Sequence record: NC_052659.1
Length of the DNA: 64,000 nucleotides
Reading direction: 5' to 3' (one strand)
DNA from: Escherichia phage nieznany
Part shown: positions 46,254 through 54,879 of the stretch, piece after piece
How positions within the stretch are numbered: the first letter of the stretch is position 1
Layout: the number at the start of each line of letters is the position of its first letter
Notes under the pieces: model-generated
Database searches by the model: none
What the model was told of the DNA's origin: nothing
The model's input: only the letters and a program-made list of their open reading frames with translations
Position numbers and translations under genes: made by a program

Positions 46254-47073
46254 TCAAACTCAAATTTTTGCAAATAAATTTGATGACCTGGAAACTGCTA
46301 CTTTTGATATCAAAGATTATTCAAAATTGAAATTTGGTAGTAACCAAGCTGCGCGTCGTATGGGTAAAGAATTGGCACTTCAGTTTTTTGCTCAAGTGGC
46401 AATGAAACATATTGGGGAACAATTTGTTATCATTCCTTCTCCTTATAACCATGTGCATAATGCTGCAACAATGATGACAGATCATTTTATTAATTACTTT
46501 AATATGTTGCAAGCACAATATGATCAAGGTTGTTCAGCAGAACTGGATATTATTCATCGTAAAGTTAGCTATATCAACGATTATGGTTTCTTGGATAAAG
46601 CTAGTCGTAAGAAACTTATTGATGGGGATACATTCTACTGCAACAAAGAATTCTGGGGTGATAAGAAGCTTGTGTTCATTGATGATGTAAATATCACTGG
46701 AACTCATGAAGACAAACTGATTGAGATTCTTGATGAAAATCAAGTTAAAAATGATGTTTACTTCTTGTATTTTGCAAAATATGAAGGTAATCAAGCAGAT
46801 ACTGAAGCTAAACTGAATTTTAACTACATCAATACACCAGAAGCGTTTGTTAAAATGATTAATGAAGAACGTGATGCACAGTGTCTTGTTCGTCCTATTA
46901 AGTATCTTATGGGCCAAAATCACGAAGACTTCAAAATCATTCTTAGCCAATTGCCACACTACTATGTAGAGCAACTTTTCTTCGGATGTTTGGGAGAAGG
47001 TTACAACCGAATTTCAAAGTATGCTGAAAACTTTGAATTCTTGGATCGTTACACAAAACAACACATTCTGTAA
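46246..47073 (+). CDS. phosphoribosyltransferase (type I PRTase)-like protein
   Basis: KLVFIDDVNITGT matches PRTase PRPP-binding motif. Confidence 0.5.
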   Translation: MRNQTQIFANKFDDLETATFDIKDYSKLKFGSNQAARRMGKELALQFFAQVAMKHIGEQFVIIPSPYNHVHNAATMMTDHFINYFNMLQAQYDQGCSAELDIIHRKVSYINDYGFLDKASRKKLIDGDTFYCNKEFWGDKKLVFIDDVNITGTHEDKLIEILDENQVKNDVYFLYFAKYEGNQADTEAKLNFNYINTPEAFVKMINEERDAQCLVRPIKYLMGQNHEDFKIILSQLPHYYVEQLFFGCLGEGYNRISKYAENFEFLDRYTKQHIL

Positions 47074-47086
47074 TAAGGAGCTAAAA

Positions 47087-47560
47087 ATGCTTAAAATGAA
47101 AACAGGTAATCTTATTGATGCCGCTAAAGCAGGTGAAGTAACTGTTATTGCTCATTGTTGCAATTGTATGTGTAATATGGGGGCAGGAATTGCTCCGCAA
47201 ATTAAACGAGCATTCCCTTATGCATATGCGGCAGATTTAGACACAACGGCTGGTGATCAAAGTAAGTTAGGTTCTTTTAGTTTAGGGGTGCCAGACGAAC
47301 AATCAGACCCTTTGGTATATAATCTATACGGGCAATACCGTTACGGATACAATGCTAAAGGTCGTCAGTTGGACTATGATGCACTTTACGATGCACTAAT
47401 AGCTATGGCTAATGATTTGCTTCTCCGTGACCAAAAATGTAAGATCGGCTTACCTATGATTGGCGCTGGATATGCTGGAGGTAATTGGGCTATCATCCAA
47501 GTGATGATTGAAGAAACTTTAGTAAAAACAGGTCACGATGTGACTATTTATAAACTTTAA
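47087..47560 (+). CDS. macro-domain (ADP-ribose binding/processing) protein
   Basis: HCCNCMCNMGAGIA resembles macro-domain N..N..GgGv.A motif; start at ATG 47087 after AAGGAG. Confidence 0.55.
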   Translation: MLKMKTGNLIDAAKAGEVTVIAHCCNCMCNMGAGIAPQIKRAFPYAYAADLDTTAGDQSKLGSFSLGVPDEQSDPLVYNLYGQYRYGYNAKGRQLDYDALYDALIAMANDLLLRDQKCKIGLPMIGAGYAGGNWAIIQVMIEETLVKTGHDVTIYKL

Positions 47561-47572
47561 GAGGAGATTAGT

Positions 47573-47794
47573 ATGGGTGTTTTTGCAGGTATTGTTGCAG
47601 TGGTAAGCTTTTTTGTTATTGCTTTTATGCTTAGTTTGATTCCAGCTTGGTTACTGTTGCTGGCTTACAACTATGTTGCTGAAGTTATGGGTCATGCAGA
47701 TATCACTGTCCCAGTAACCTTCTGGACCGTGGTTTGTGTTTCGTTTATTCTGGCAGTATTACGAGGAATCTTTTCCTCTCATTCAACAAAATAA
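47573..47794 (+). CDS. small membrane protein
   Basis: 73 aa, two hydrophobic helices. Confidence 0.45.
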   Translation: MGVFAGIVAVVSFFVIAFMLSLIPAWLLLLAYNYVAEVMGHADITVPVTFWTVVCVSFILAVLRGIFSSHSTK

Positions 47795-47797
47795 GTG

Positions 47798-47856
47798 TTG
47801 ACATAGTTCTTAAAAAGAGTAAGATATATCACATGAAGCGGGGAATAGTTCCCCGC
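47798..47856 (+). promoter_or_regulatory. promoter (TTGACA..TAAGAT) plus leader stem-loop GCGGGGAATAGTTCCCCGC upstream of TerC gene
   Basis: Same stem-loop family as the leftward early array, here on plus strand; hairpin 47838-47856. Confidence 0.5.
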
Positions 47857-47873
47857 AAAGAGAGGAGAAAAGA

Positions 47874-48848
47874 ATGCAACTCGGTTTCCCAGTTATTGAT
47901 GTAGTTGTTTTAGTTGGTATTTTGGCATTGTCTATTGGTATCGATTTCTTTGGTCATAAAGAGAATAAAGAAATTGGAATTAAATCTGCTTTGCTTTGGT
48001 CTGTTTTTTGGATTGCTTTAGCTTTAGGATATTACGCATTCATTTGGGTAGAACATGGTAAAGAGTTTGCCGCGCTTTTCCTAAGTGGCTATGTGTTGGA
48101 AAAGAGTCTTTCTGTAGATAACCTGATGGTGTTCATGGCAATTTTTGCAAGCTTTGGAATTAAGAGCACACATCTCCAACATAAGATTTTACTTTGGGGG
48201 ATTGCAGGAGCCATTGTCTTCCGAGGTATTTTTGTTGCAGCAGGGACCGCTTTGTTTAACCTTCATTGGTCGGTCCAAGTGTTGTTCGGTTTGATTGTAG
48301 CTTGGTCTGCCGTGGCTATCATCAAAGGTGGTGACGAAGAAGAGGATATTGATTACTCTAAGCATTGGGCTGTTCGTTTAGTAGGTAAAGTTCTGCCTGT
48401 GCACAATGCACTAGATGGTGAAAAGTTCATTACCATTAAGAATGGTATTAAATATGCAACTCCTGCTCTTCTTTGTGTGTTTGTTATTGAGCTTACAGAT
48501 ATTGTCTTCTCTTTTGATTCAGTTCCGGCTGTGATCGGTGTGACACAAGAACCTCTGCTAGTTTATTCTGCAATGCTGATGGCTGTTCTTGGTTTACGTG
48601 CACTTTTCTTTGTGTTAAGTGTAGCTGTGAAATATCTGGTTCACTTAGAGAAAGCTGTTGCTGTGGTTCTGGTGTTTGTTGGTGCTAAACTTATGTATCA
48701 CCCGTTCGGTGAAACACTTCATGCCAAGTGGTCATTCCTCCCGCATGATATTTCCCCTAACGTAAGTCTGATGATTGTTCTAGGCACATTATCTCTTGGT
48801 GTTATTGCAAGCTTTATCTTCCCTGAAAAAGAAGAAGCTACTGTTTAA
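47874..48848 (+). CDS. TerC-family integral membrane protein
   Basis: 324 aa, multiple TM helices, conserved acidic residues in helices typical of TerC. Confidence 0.55.
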   Translation: MQLGFPVIDVVVLVGILALSIGIDFFGHKENKEIGIKSALLWSVFWIALALGYYAFIWVEHGKEFAALFLSGYVLEKSLSVDNLMVFMAIFASFGIKSTHLQHKILLWGIAGAIVFRGIFVAAGTALFNLHWSVQVLFGLIVAWSAVAIIKGGDEEEDIDYSKHWAVRLVGKVLPVHNALDGEKFITIKNGIKYATPALLCVFVIELTDIVFSFDSVPAVIGVTQEPLLVYSAMLMAVLGLRALFFVLSVAVKYLVHLEKAVAVVLVFVGAKLMYHPFGETLHAKWSFLPHDISPNVSLMIVLGTLSLGVIASFIFPEKEEATV

Positions 48849-48853
48849 TAAAT

Positions 48854-48880
48854 GAGCCTCCTTCGGGAGGCTATTTTATA
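48854..48880 (+). terminator. rho-independent terminator
   Basis: AGCCTCCTTCGGGAGGCT hairpin followed by ATTTTAT. Confidence 0.5.
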
Positions 48881-48890
48881 GGAGAGACTT

Positions 48891-49241
48891 ATGAGTAATT
48901 TTGATGAAATTCAAGAACTTGTTTGGGATTTATCTGGTGATGTGGATTACGTTTTAGATTATCTTTCAAAAGTTTACCCTGGGGTAAGCGTTATGATCGT
49001 GACCAAAGATCCAATTAATTTGCCTCCTAATGTGGTAGCTTGTTGTGGGAGTGGTTCAGGGGAAGTGGAGCCTGTATCCCGTTGGGAATTAACTAAAGCT
49101 GTTTCAAAACGAAACGGTGAAGTTTTGAATATTGATATCGAGCAAATATGGACTTCTCCAGCAGCTAAATGGAATGATCCGAATGGTTGGGACTTGTTCT
49201 TCTGGGATAATGAAACTGATGATGAGGTATTTTTAAAATGA
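48891..49241 (+). CDS. hypothetical protein
   Basis: 116-aa ORF. Confidence 0.45.
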   Translation: MSNFDEIQELVWDLSGDVDYVLDYLSKVYPGVSVMIVTKDPINLPPNVVACCGSGSGEVEPVSRWELTKAVSKRNGEVLNIDIEQIWTSPAAKWNDPNGWDLFFWDNETDDEVFLK

Positions 49242-49424
49242 AATACTTGTTGGTTGTGTTTGAAAATATTTGTTTTGCAATAGGGTTGTTTGTTGTAATT
49301 TTTGTATTGACAAGCGTAATCAACGGCAGTAAAGTGAGTTTATACCGAGATGGAGAGCAACTTTATTGCTTCTCTGGAGATTTCAAACACAGATGTATTA
49401 ATAGCCAAAACGAGGAAAGCAAAT

Positions 49425-49862
49425 ATGAAAAAACTAGCCCTGATTTTAATTGGTTGTATCTTTTTAACAGCTTGCGAGGATGAGACAAATCCTGCACAAT
49501 ACCAACAACCTCCTCAACAATACGCTCAACAAGGATCTGACGGAGATACAACTATTATCAACAATGGTGGCGGTTCTAGTAGTAGCGGTGTTGGTGAGTT
49601 TGCTACAGGTATGTTGTTAGGGCATATGATGAGTGGCGGTAGTAATCGTAGCAGTGGGGATTATAACGATAACAGAACGATTATTAATAAGCATTATAAT
49701 ACACCTAAACCGAAAACTAATTTTTATGGTAAGCCTAAACAAGAGATAAAAACTTATGAAAAGCCGAGACAAACTTTTAAAACAAATAGTAGCTATACAA
49801 CTCGTAAATCTTACAATAGCCCTTTAAGTAAAAAGAGTTCATCTCGTAGCAAGCGACGTTAA
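49425..49862 (+). CDS. lipoprotein (Gly/Ser/Asn-rich)
   Basis: MKKLALILIGCIFLTAC signal peptide with lipobox; start moved to ATG 49425. Confidence 0.5.
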   Translation: MKKLALILIGCIFLTACEDETNPAQYQQPPQQYAQQGSDGDTTIINNGGGSSSSGVGEFATGMLLGHMMSGGSNRSSGDYNDNRTIINKHYNTPKPKTNFYGKPKQEIKTYEKPRQTFKTNSSYTTRKSYNSPLSKKSSSRSKRR

Positions 49863-49876
49863 TAAGGAGAAAAACA

Positions 49877-50470
49877 ATGACAATTTCTATTCGTACTTCC
49901 ATTACAGGTGTTAAAAGTTTGCCTAATGCTTTGCAAATCACACGTGCTTTGAGGGATACGTTCTCTGCTGTGGATGAGCATAAGATGCTCGATAATCTCT
50001 CAAATTGGCCCTATTTTCATTATTTTAAAAATGAAGACGACGAGTTTATAGACGCTGTTTCTTACGGTTATGATTTCGGTAAGGAGGTTTCTCCTGAAGA
50101 ATTTGTAGTTATGGTGTTCCCAAACGGTTTGCCTACTCGCAGTAAACGTAAAAAAGGACCAAAAAACAAGAAACGTGCTACTAATAAAGCTACCATTTTC
50201 TTTACTGATGGCACACAATATACGATTAAAGATTTTGAAGAGGTATCTTATACAGCAGGTGGGAATCTTTCTTTCTACACCATCAAAAAACAAAACTCTA
50301 CGTTCAGCCATGTTTCTAACATGATTGAAATGTTAGTAGAAGATATTGAAAGCGTAGCTGTGTTAGGTATGCATAAAAGCTTTTTAATTACAAATATTTC
50401 AGATTTCAGTGCACGTTTATCTGGTCCTGATTTTGAAACCACGACCACGCATTTCACTTTTAAGGTGTAA
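49877..50470 (+). CDS. hypothetical protein
   Basis: 197-aa ORF, TAAGGAGA RBS. Confidence 0.45.
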   Translation: MTISIRTSITGVKSLPNALQITRALRDTFSAVDEHKMLDNLSNWPYFHYFKNEDDEFIDAVSYGYDFGKEVSPEEFVVMVFPNGLPTRSKRKKGPKNKKRATNKATIFFTDGTQYTIKDFEEVSYTAGGNLSFYTIKKQNSTFSHVSNMIEMLVEDIESVAVLGMHKSFLITNISDFSARLSGPDFETTTTHFTFKV

Positions 50471-50473
50471 GTT

Positions 50474-51064
50474 ATGTATACCGAGAGAGACTTGCAACTC
50501 TTGTGGTGGGAAGTGATGCAGGAAATAAAAGAAGATTTTCCTGTTTACTACAACATGTTACGTGAAGCAGGATATAAAGCTTGTGTTAGAAACAAAGTGA
50601 ATAACTCTTTCGGTTGGTGCAACTACCGAGATAAAATTGTTGTTGTAAATTGGCACTTGCATAAGAACTCTACAAGAGATATGATCGTGGATACAATGAA
50701 GCACGAAATTGCTCATGCTATTGATGGTTGTATGGGTAAGTTTAGTAGACACGGTGCTCATTGGCAAAAACTGGCAGCAGAGTTAGGGGCTAATCCTAAA
50801 GCCACTTCCAAAGAGCCGTTGAACCACGAATATAAATATGTTCTTGTTCTGGTAGATAGGTTTGCGACAAGATGTGTTAGAGGTTATAATCGTAAACCTA
50901 ATCGCATGTACCCAGGTAAGCAACCTAATATGTGGTTGAAATCAGATAAAGAAGGGACCGAAGGAAAATTATGGTTGTATAAATGGGACGATTGGGTTAA
51001 AGTAGCTAAAGAGTACGGTGTTTCACCATATATAAGAGATGCAGAAGAGGAGAATGAAGAATGA
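50474..51064 (+). CDS. SprT-like zinc metalloprotease domain protein
   Basis: MKHEIAHAI HExxH plus downstream HGAHWQ. Confidence 0.5.
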   Translation: MYTERDLQLLWWEVMQEIKEDFPVYYNMLREAGYKACVRNKVNNSFGWCNYRDKIVVVNWHLHKNSTRDMIVDTMKHEIAHAIDGCMGKFSRHGAHWQKLAAELGANPKATSKEPLNHEYKYVLVLVDRFATRCVRGYNRKPNRMYPGKQPNMWLKSDKEGTEGKLWLYKWDDWVKVAKEYGVSPYIRDAEEENEE

Positions 51065-52173
51065 CAAGTCCATTTTTAAAAGCAGCTACTGGCGGTCAGA
51101 AGAAGCCTGAAATGAGCGTATTTGCTGCAACAACAGATGCAAGTAAATCTGTATTCGCTCCAAGCGTGTTAGATGCCAGTCCTGTTTATGCACCAGCGGC
51201 ACCGCAAGAAGTTCCAGTTTTGCCTTCTATGACCCGACAAGAGATCGAAGAGATTGGGGCAGAGGCAGGAACAACCTTGCGTTCCTTGAATGCCGAGGTA
51301 TTAAAACATCAACGTAGTAATCAAGGCGATCAGATGAGTGAACGACTCACAGCTTTGATTAAACAGGCAAAACAACTTGATCCAAACTCTATTAAACAAA
51401 GCAAGGGTATTACTAAACTCATTAAAAAAGTTATGGGTATGAAAGAAGATCTGTTTGGGGAGTTTGATAATGTTAATAACCGTATTGAAGAGTTGGTAAA
51501 AAACCTTCAAATGGATATTCGCAAAGAAGAAGATTCCTTGGTATATCTTGAAAAGCTACATCAAGCTATTGGACAATATGCTGCAAGTTTGAACCGAGAT
51601 ATGCAGCTTCTAACAGCAACCTATGAAAAAGAAGAACAAGCTTTGGCTGCTCTTCCAGAAGATGCAGTAGAACAGCGACAAGTGATCCGAGATACTTTGG
51701 ATCTTCTGGAGATTCGTATTGCAGATTTAAAAGCATTGCGCCTACTGTGTGTCCAAATGGGACCGCGTGTACAAGGTATGCAAAAAGTTTCTGCAAGCTT
51801 AATGCGATCTGCGCGTAACATAGTAAATAATGTTATTCCTGCTTACTCTGCTAACTTCTCAATGTATATCGAGAGCTTACGTCAAATGAAAGCAGCAGAG
51901 ACGCAGAATAACGTTCTTGATGAATTTAACCTGGCAATTAAACTGGGTAGCGATCTTGCCACACAGAATCAGATCGAAGCAGCAGCACTGGCTAACCGTC
52001 AAGTGTTGGATATTGAAACTCTGCGTCACGATCAGGAAAACTTGGTTAAGATGTTGGAAGAAACTAACCGCATCAATACGGAAGCCCGTGCTGCTCGTGT
52101 TGATTATATTAATGAAGTTCAATCTTTGGAAGACGGGATGGTAGCTGCTGTGAAACGAGGGCTTGGTAAATGA
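51061..52173 (+). CDS. coiled-coil protein, possibly TelA-like (unverified)
   Basis: 370 aa, size and helical character compatible with TelA family; no motif-level proof. Confidence 0.4.
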   Translation: MTSPFLKAATGGQKKPEMSVFAATTDASKSVFAPSVLDASPVYAPAAPQEVPVLPSMTRQEIEEIGAEAGTTLRSLNAEVLKHQRSNQGDQMSERLTALIKQAKQLDPNSIKQSKGITKLIKKVMGMKEDLFGEFDNVNNRIEELVKNLQMDIRKEEDSLVYLEKLHQAIGQYAASLNRDMQLLTATYEKEEQALAALPEDAVEQRQVIRDTLDLLEIRIADLKALRLLCVQMGPRVQGMQKVSASLMRSARNIVNNVIPAYSANFSMYIESLRQMKAAETQNNVLDEFNLAIKLGSDLATQNQIEAAALANRQVLDIETLRHDQENLVKMLEETNRINTEARAARVDYINEVQSLEDGMVAAVKRGLGK

Positions 52174-52370
52174 GAATCCGTATCTATATAATTGATGAGG
52201 ACATTGGTGTCCGTTATGATGACGAAAAACGATTCGCGCCGATGGGAGGCATATATCCCCCAAGTGTTCTAGCAGTTTGTCGTGATTGTTATATTTATGA
52301 AGGTTGTCGTAACTTCCGTAAATTCGAACTCCTTGCAGATATTGACTTCAATGAGGAGGAGGAGGAGTAA
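52170..52370 (+). CDS. small acidic protein
   Basis: 66-aa ORF, Cys pairs and poly-E tail. Confidence 0.4.
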   Translation: MRIRIYIIDEDIGVRYDDEKRFAPMGGIYPPSVLAVCRDCYIYEGCRNFRKFELLADIDFNEEEEE

Positions 52371-52543
52371 TGAAAATATTACGAGTGAATATTGAAACTG
52401 CTTGGTGTGGATGCAATGAGGTTGTGGATATCGAAATTGAAGATGATATGTCTCAAGAGGATATAGAAGATCTTGCACACGAAACCTTTCAGGACTATTG
52501 TAATTACGGGTTCCATATTTTAGAGGAGGAAGAGGATGTTTAA
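52370..52543 (+). CDS. micro-protein (57 aa, acidic)
   Basis: ATG overlapping upstream stop; CGC pair. Confidence 0.35.
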   Translation: MKILRVNIETAWCGCNEVVDIEIEDDMSQEDIEDLAHETFQDYCNYGFHILEEEEDV

Positions 52544-52739
52544 CTACGATAACGACCCTAATATTATCCAGTTAACCCGACAAGAACTGATCACAATCAT
52601 TGAAGATGCTTTTATTGATGGCTGGAATACACAAGACAATGATTGGGGTGGACCCGAAGCTTTTCTGGAACATCATAAAGCTTATGGAGAATTTTGTGAA
52701 ACCACTGTAGCTCTTGATAATCTGAAGGAGGGTTTGTAA
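52536..52739 (+). CDS. hypothetical protein
   Basis: 67-aa ORF. Confidence 0.4.
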   Translation: MFNYDNDPNIIQLTRQELITIIEDAFIDGWNTQDNDWGGPEAFLEHHKAYGEFCETTVALDNLKEGL

Positions 52740-53302
52740 TGGGTTGTTTTAGCTTTTTGTGCAAAGAATCGGGCAAAGCTGCCCTTTCTACTTCTTTCGA
52801 CGGATCACCTTGTTATCTCTTTCTTTTGAAGGACGGTGTTGTTATTGAAGAGATGTATGGCAACTATGATAGTTATGGTTGTGTTTTCTCTGGAAAGGAG
52901 GATGAAAATGGCGTTCGTGAACGGTTCGAATGGGCTATGGATTGGGGTAAGGTTTGTGATTTAATGCATTCCTCGAATCCAAGGGATGGTATCGCTATGG
53001 TGCTGGAAGAGTATTTTACAGGTGAAATCCCTACAGAACAATCTGACGGAGATCCTAACCAAGGTTGGGGTGATGGCGAAGAAGATCCAGATTGTTTTTT
53101 CAGCACAGAAAAGAATAAGTTTAAACGTGTTGACAACCCTTATCACAAAGTGCATAATACTCTCATTGAAACAGAAGATGACAAGATGGAAATTGAAGAA
53201 GATGATCCTCTTGTAACACTTCCTATAAGTGAGTTACAAAAGATCACTAAGGAAGCTTACGATTTGGGCTTCAAAATTGGTAGAGGAGGTATGCGTGTTT
53301 AG
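52739..53302 (+). CDS. hypothetical protein
   Basis: 187-aa ORF. Confidence 0.45.
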   Translation: MGCFSFLCKESGKAALSTSFDGSPCYLFLLKDGVVIEEMYGNYDSYGCVFSGKEDENGVRERFEWAMDWGKVCDLMHSSNPRDGIAMVLEEYFTGEIPTEQSDGDPNQGWGDGEEDPDCFFSTEKNKFKRVDNPYHKVHNTLIETEDDKMEIEEDDPLVTLPISELQKITKEAYDLGFKIGRGGMRV

Positions 53303-53573
53303 ATTCAATATTCAAGAAGAAAAAAGTCAGGATTTACCTATTGCTTTCGAAGATCTTGACGTAGGGGCCACATTCATGTATTATGATGCCTATGAAGACG
53401 CAGGGTTGGATACCTACCGTAACTTGGTGTTCATTAAAAATTCCACAAACAGTGCGATTTGTATTAATGGATCACTAGCACAACGAGGCTATACTCATTG
53501 CATCCCACCAGATACAAATATGGTGGAAGTAGATTTAGAAGTTACCAATATTACACTTAAGAAGGAGAAATAA
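53295..53573 (+). CDS. small protein, paralog A (flanks vWA gene)
   Basis: GTG start; shares ..DLDVG.TF.Y..A..E.GLD.. and EV.L.VT.ITLK with ORF 54595..54864. Confidence 0.45.
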   Translation: MFRFNIQEEKSQDLPIAFEDLDVGATFMYYDAYEDAGLDTYRNLVFIKNSTNSAICINGSLAQRGYTHCIPPDTNMVEVDLEVTNITLKKEK

Positions 53574-53574
53574 T

Positions 53575-54369
53575 ATGTCCGAGAAAATCAGCCTGAAAAA
53601 ACGTCAAGAAAACCTTGCTTTCTCTCTGAAAAAGAATAAGAACCTGAATGAAGGTAAGATTGTTCTTCGTGTAGCATGTGCTCTAGATATTTCTGGTAGT
53701 ATGCATGGTCTATATTCTAGTGGGGTAGTGAGTGATTTTGTAGGTAAACTGCTTCCTTTTGGTATGCTGTTCGACGATAATCAACAAATTGATATGTGGG
53801 CCTTCAATACGAGTTCCCAAGAGCTTACTCCAGCAACAGCAGACGTTTACGATGACTATGTTGGTAAATGTATGCGTAATGTTCGTATCGGAGGTGGAAC
53901 AAATTACGCCCCTGTAATGGCAGATATCTACGATGAGTATTTTGGCACTGTTACCAAATATATTACCACTAAACAAGTGGTACAAGAGGAGGCTCCAAAG
54001 AAAGGCTTCTTTAATCGTCTGCTTGGTAAAACTGAAACAGTGTCTGTAGAGCGTGAAAAAGTTGTAGCTGTATCTGAACCAGGTGCTGACGTTACCCCTG
54101 GTGTTGTATTCTTCCAGACGGATGGTGAGAATGGTGATCCTAGTGCTGTTCGTCGTCTTATTGAAGAGAATAAGAATAAACCTATTTATTGGTTCATGGT
54201 TGGCGTTGGTAATGAGAAGTTTGGCTTCCTGAAAGAACTGGCAAATGCTTATGATAATGTTGGTTTTATTGGCATTAAAGATTTAGACTTGACAGATTCA
54301 GAGCTTTATGACAAACTCTTATCTGAAGAGTTCGGAGAGTGGGTTGTTAAAGTAGGTGCTAAAAAATGA
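53575..54369 (+). CDS. von Willebrand factor A domain protein (TerY-like)
   Basis: MIDAS motif ALDISGSM; N-terminal EKISLKK shared with TerD gene. Confidence 0.55.
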   Translation: MSEKISLKKRQENLAFSLKKNKNLNEGKIVLRVACALDISGSMHGLYSSGVVSDFVGKLLPFGMLFDDNQQIDMWAFNTSSQELTPATADVYDDYVGKCMRNVRIGGGTNYAPVMADIYDEYFGTVTKYITTKQVVQEEAPKKGFFNRLLGKTETVSVEREKVVAVSEPGADVTPGVVFFQTDGENGDPSAVRRLIEENKNKPIYWFMVGVGNEKFGFLKELANAYDNVGFIGIKDLDLTDSELYDKLLSEEFGEWVVKVGAKK

Positions 54370-54614
54370 TCGACGAGCTTGCCTCTCAAGTCGTAGAAAA
54401 TTATTGGCGCGAGAGAGAAGCTTTCATTATGCGCAGTCTCAAAGAGTATTTCATTGGGACTGTGCGAATGGAAGATATTGTAAGTAGAGTAGAGATTCAT
54501 GTATGGCCCGATTATGAAGAATGGGTTGACAAAGAAAATGAAAATGCTATAATTCTTCGTATATACAAACCGGAGATAACATTAGGAGGAAGAAGTGTTA
54601 AACTTCGAAATTGA
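54366..54614 (+). CDS. hypothetical protein
   Basis: 82-aa ORF. Confidence 0.4.
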   Translation: MIDELASQVVENYWREREAFIMRSLKEYFIGTVRMEDIVSRVEIHVWPDYEEWVDKENENAIILRIYKPEITLGGRSVKLRN

Positions 54615-54864
54615 TGAGCAAAAAGTAAATAAACGATGCCTTACCATTAAAGATTTGGATGTAGGAGATACTTTCGTCTATGAAAATGCATTTGACGAAA
54701 ATGGTTTAGACCTTAGTGAAATCATTGTTTATTTAAAAGTAGATGATGGGGAAAATGATTATTCTGCTGTAGAACTAAACCATCATGCACAATTAGTATC
54801 AATCCAAAACACATCTAAGCTTTTGGAAGTAGAATTGACTGTAACTGGTATTACACTTAAATAA
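54595..54864 (+). CDS. small protein, paralog B
   Basis: GTG start; paralogous to 53295..53573. Confidence 0.45.
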   Translation: MLNFEIDEQKVNKRCLTIKDLDVGDTFVYENAFDENGLDLSEIIVYLKVDDGENDYSAVELNHHAQLVSIQNTSKLLEVELTVTGITLK

Positions 54865-54879
54865 TAGAGGAGACAAAAG

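Noticed and set aside
46534-46974. 146-aa minus-strand ORF within the PRTase gene
   Set aside because: Antisense overlap; Ile/Asn/Phe-rich AT-driven frame.
49238-49483. 81-aa ORF overlapping the lipoprotein start
   Set aside because: Overlaps the better-supported lipoprotein ORF by about 60 nt; may still be a real small membrane protein but cannot be supported here.
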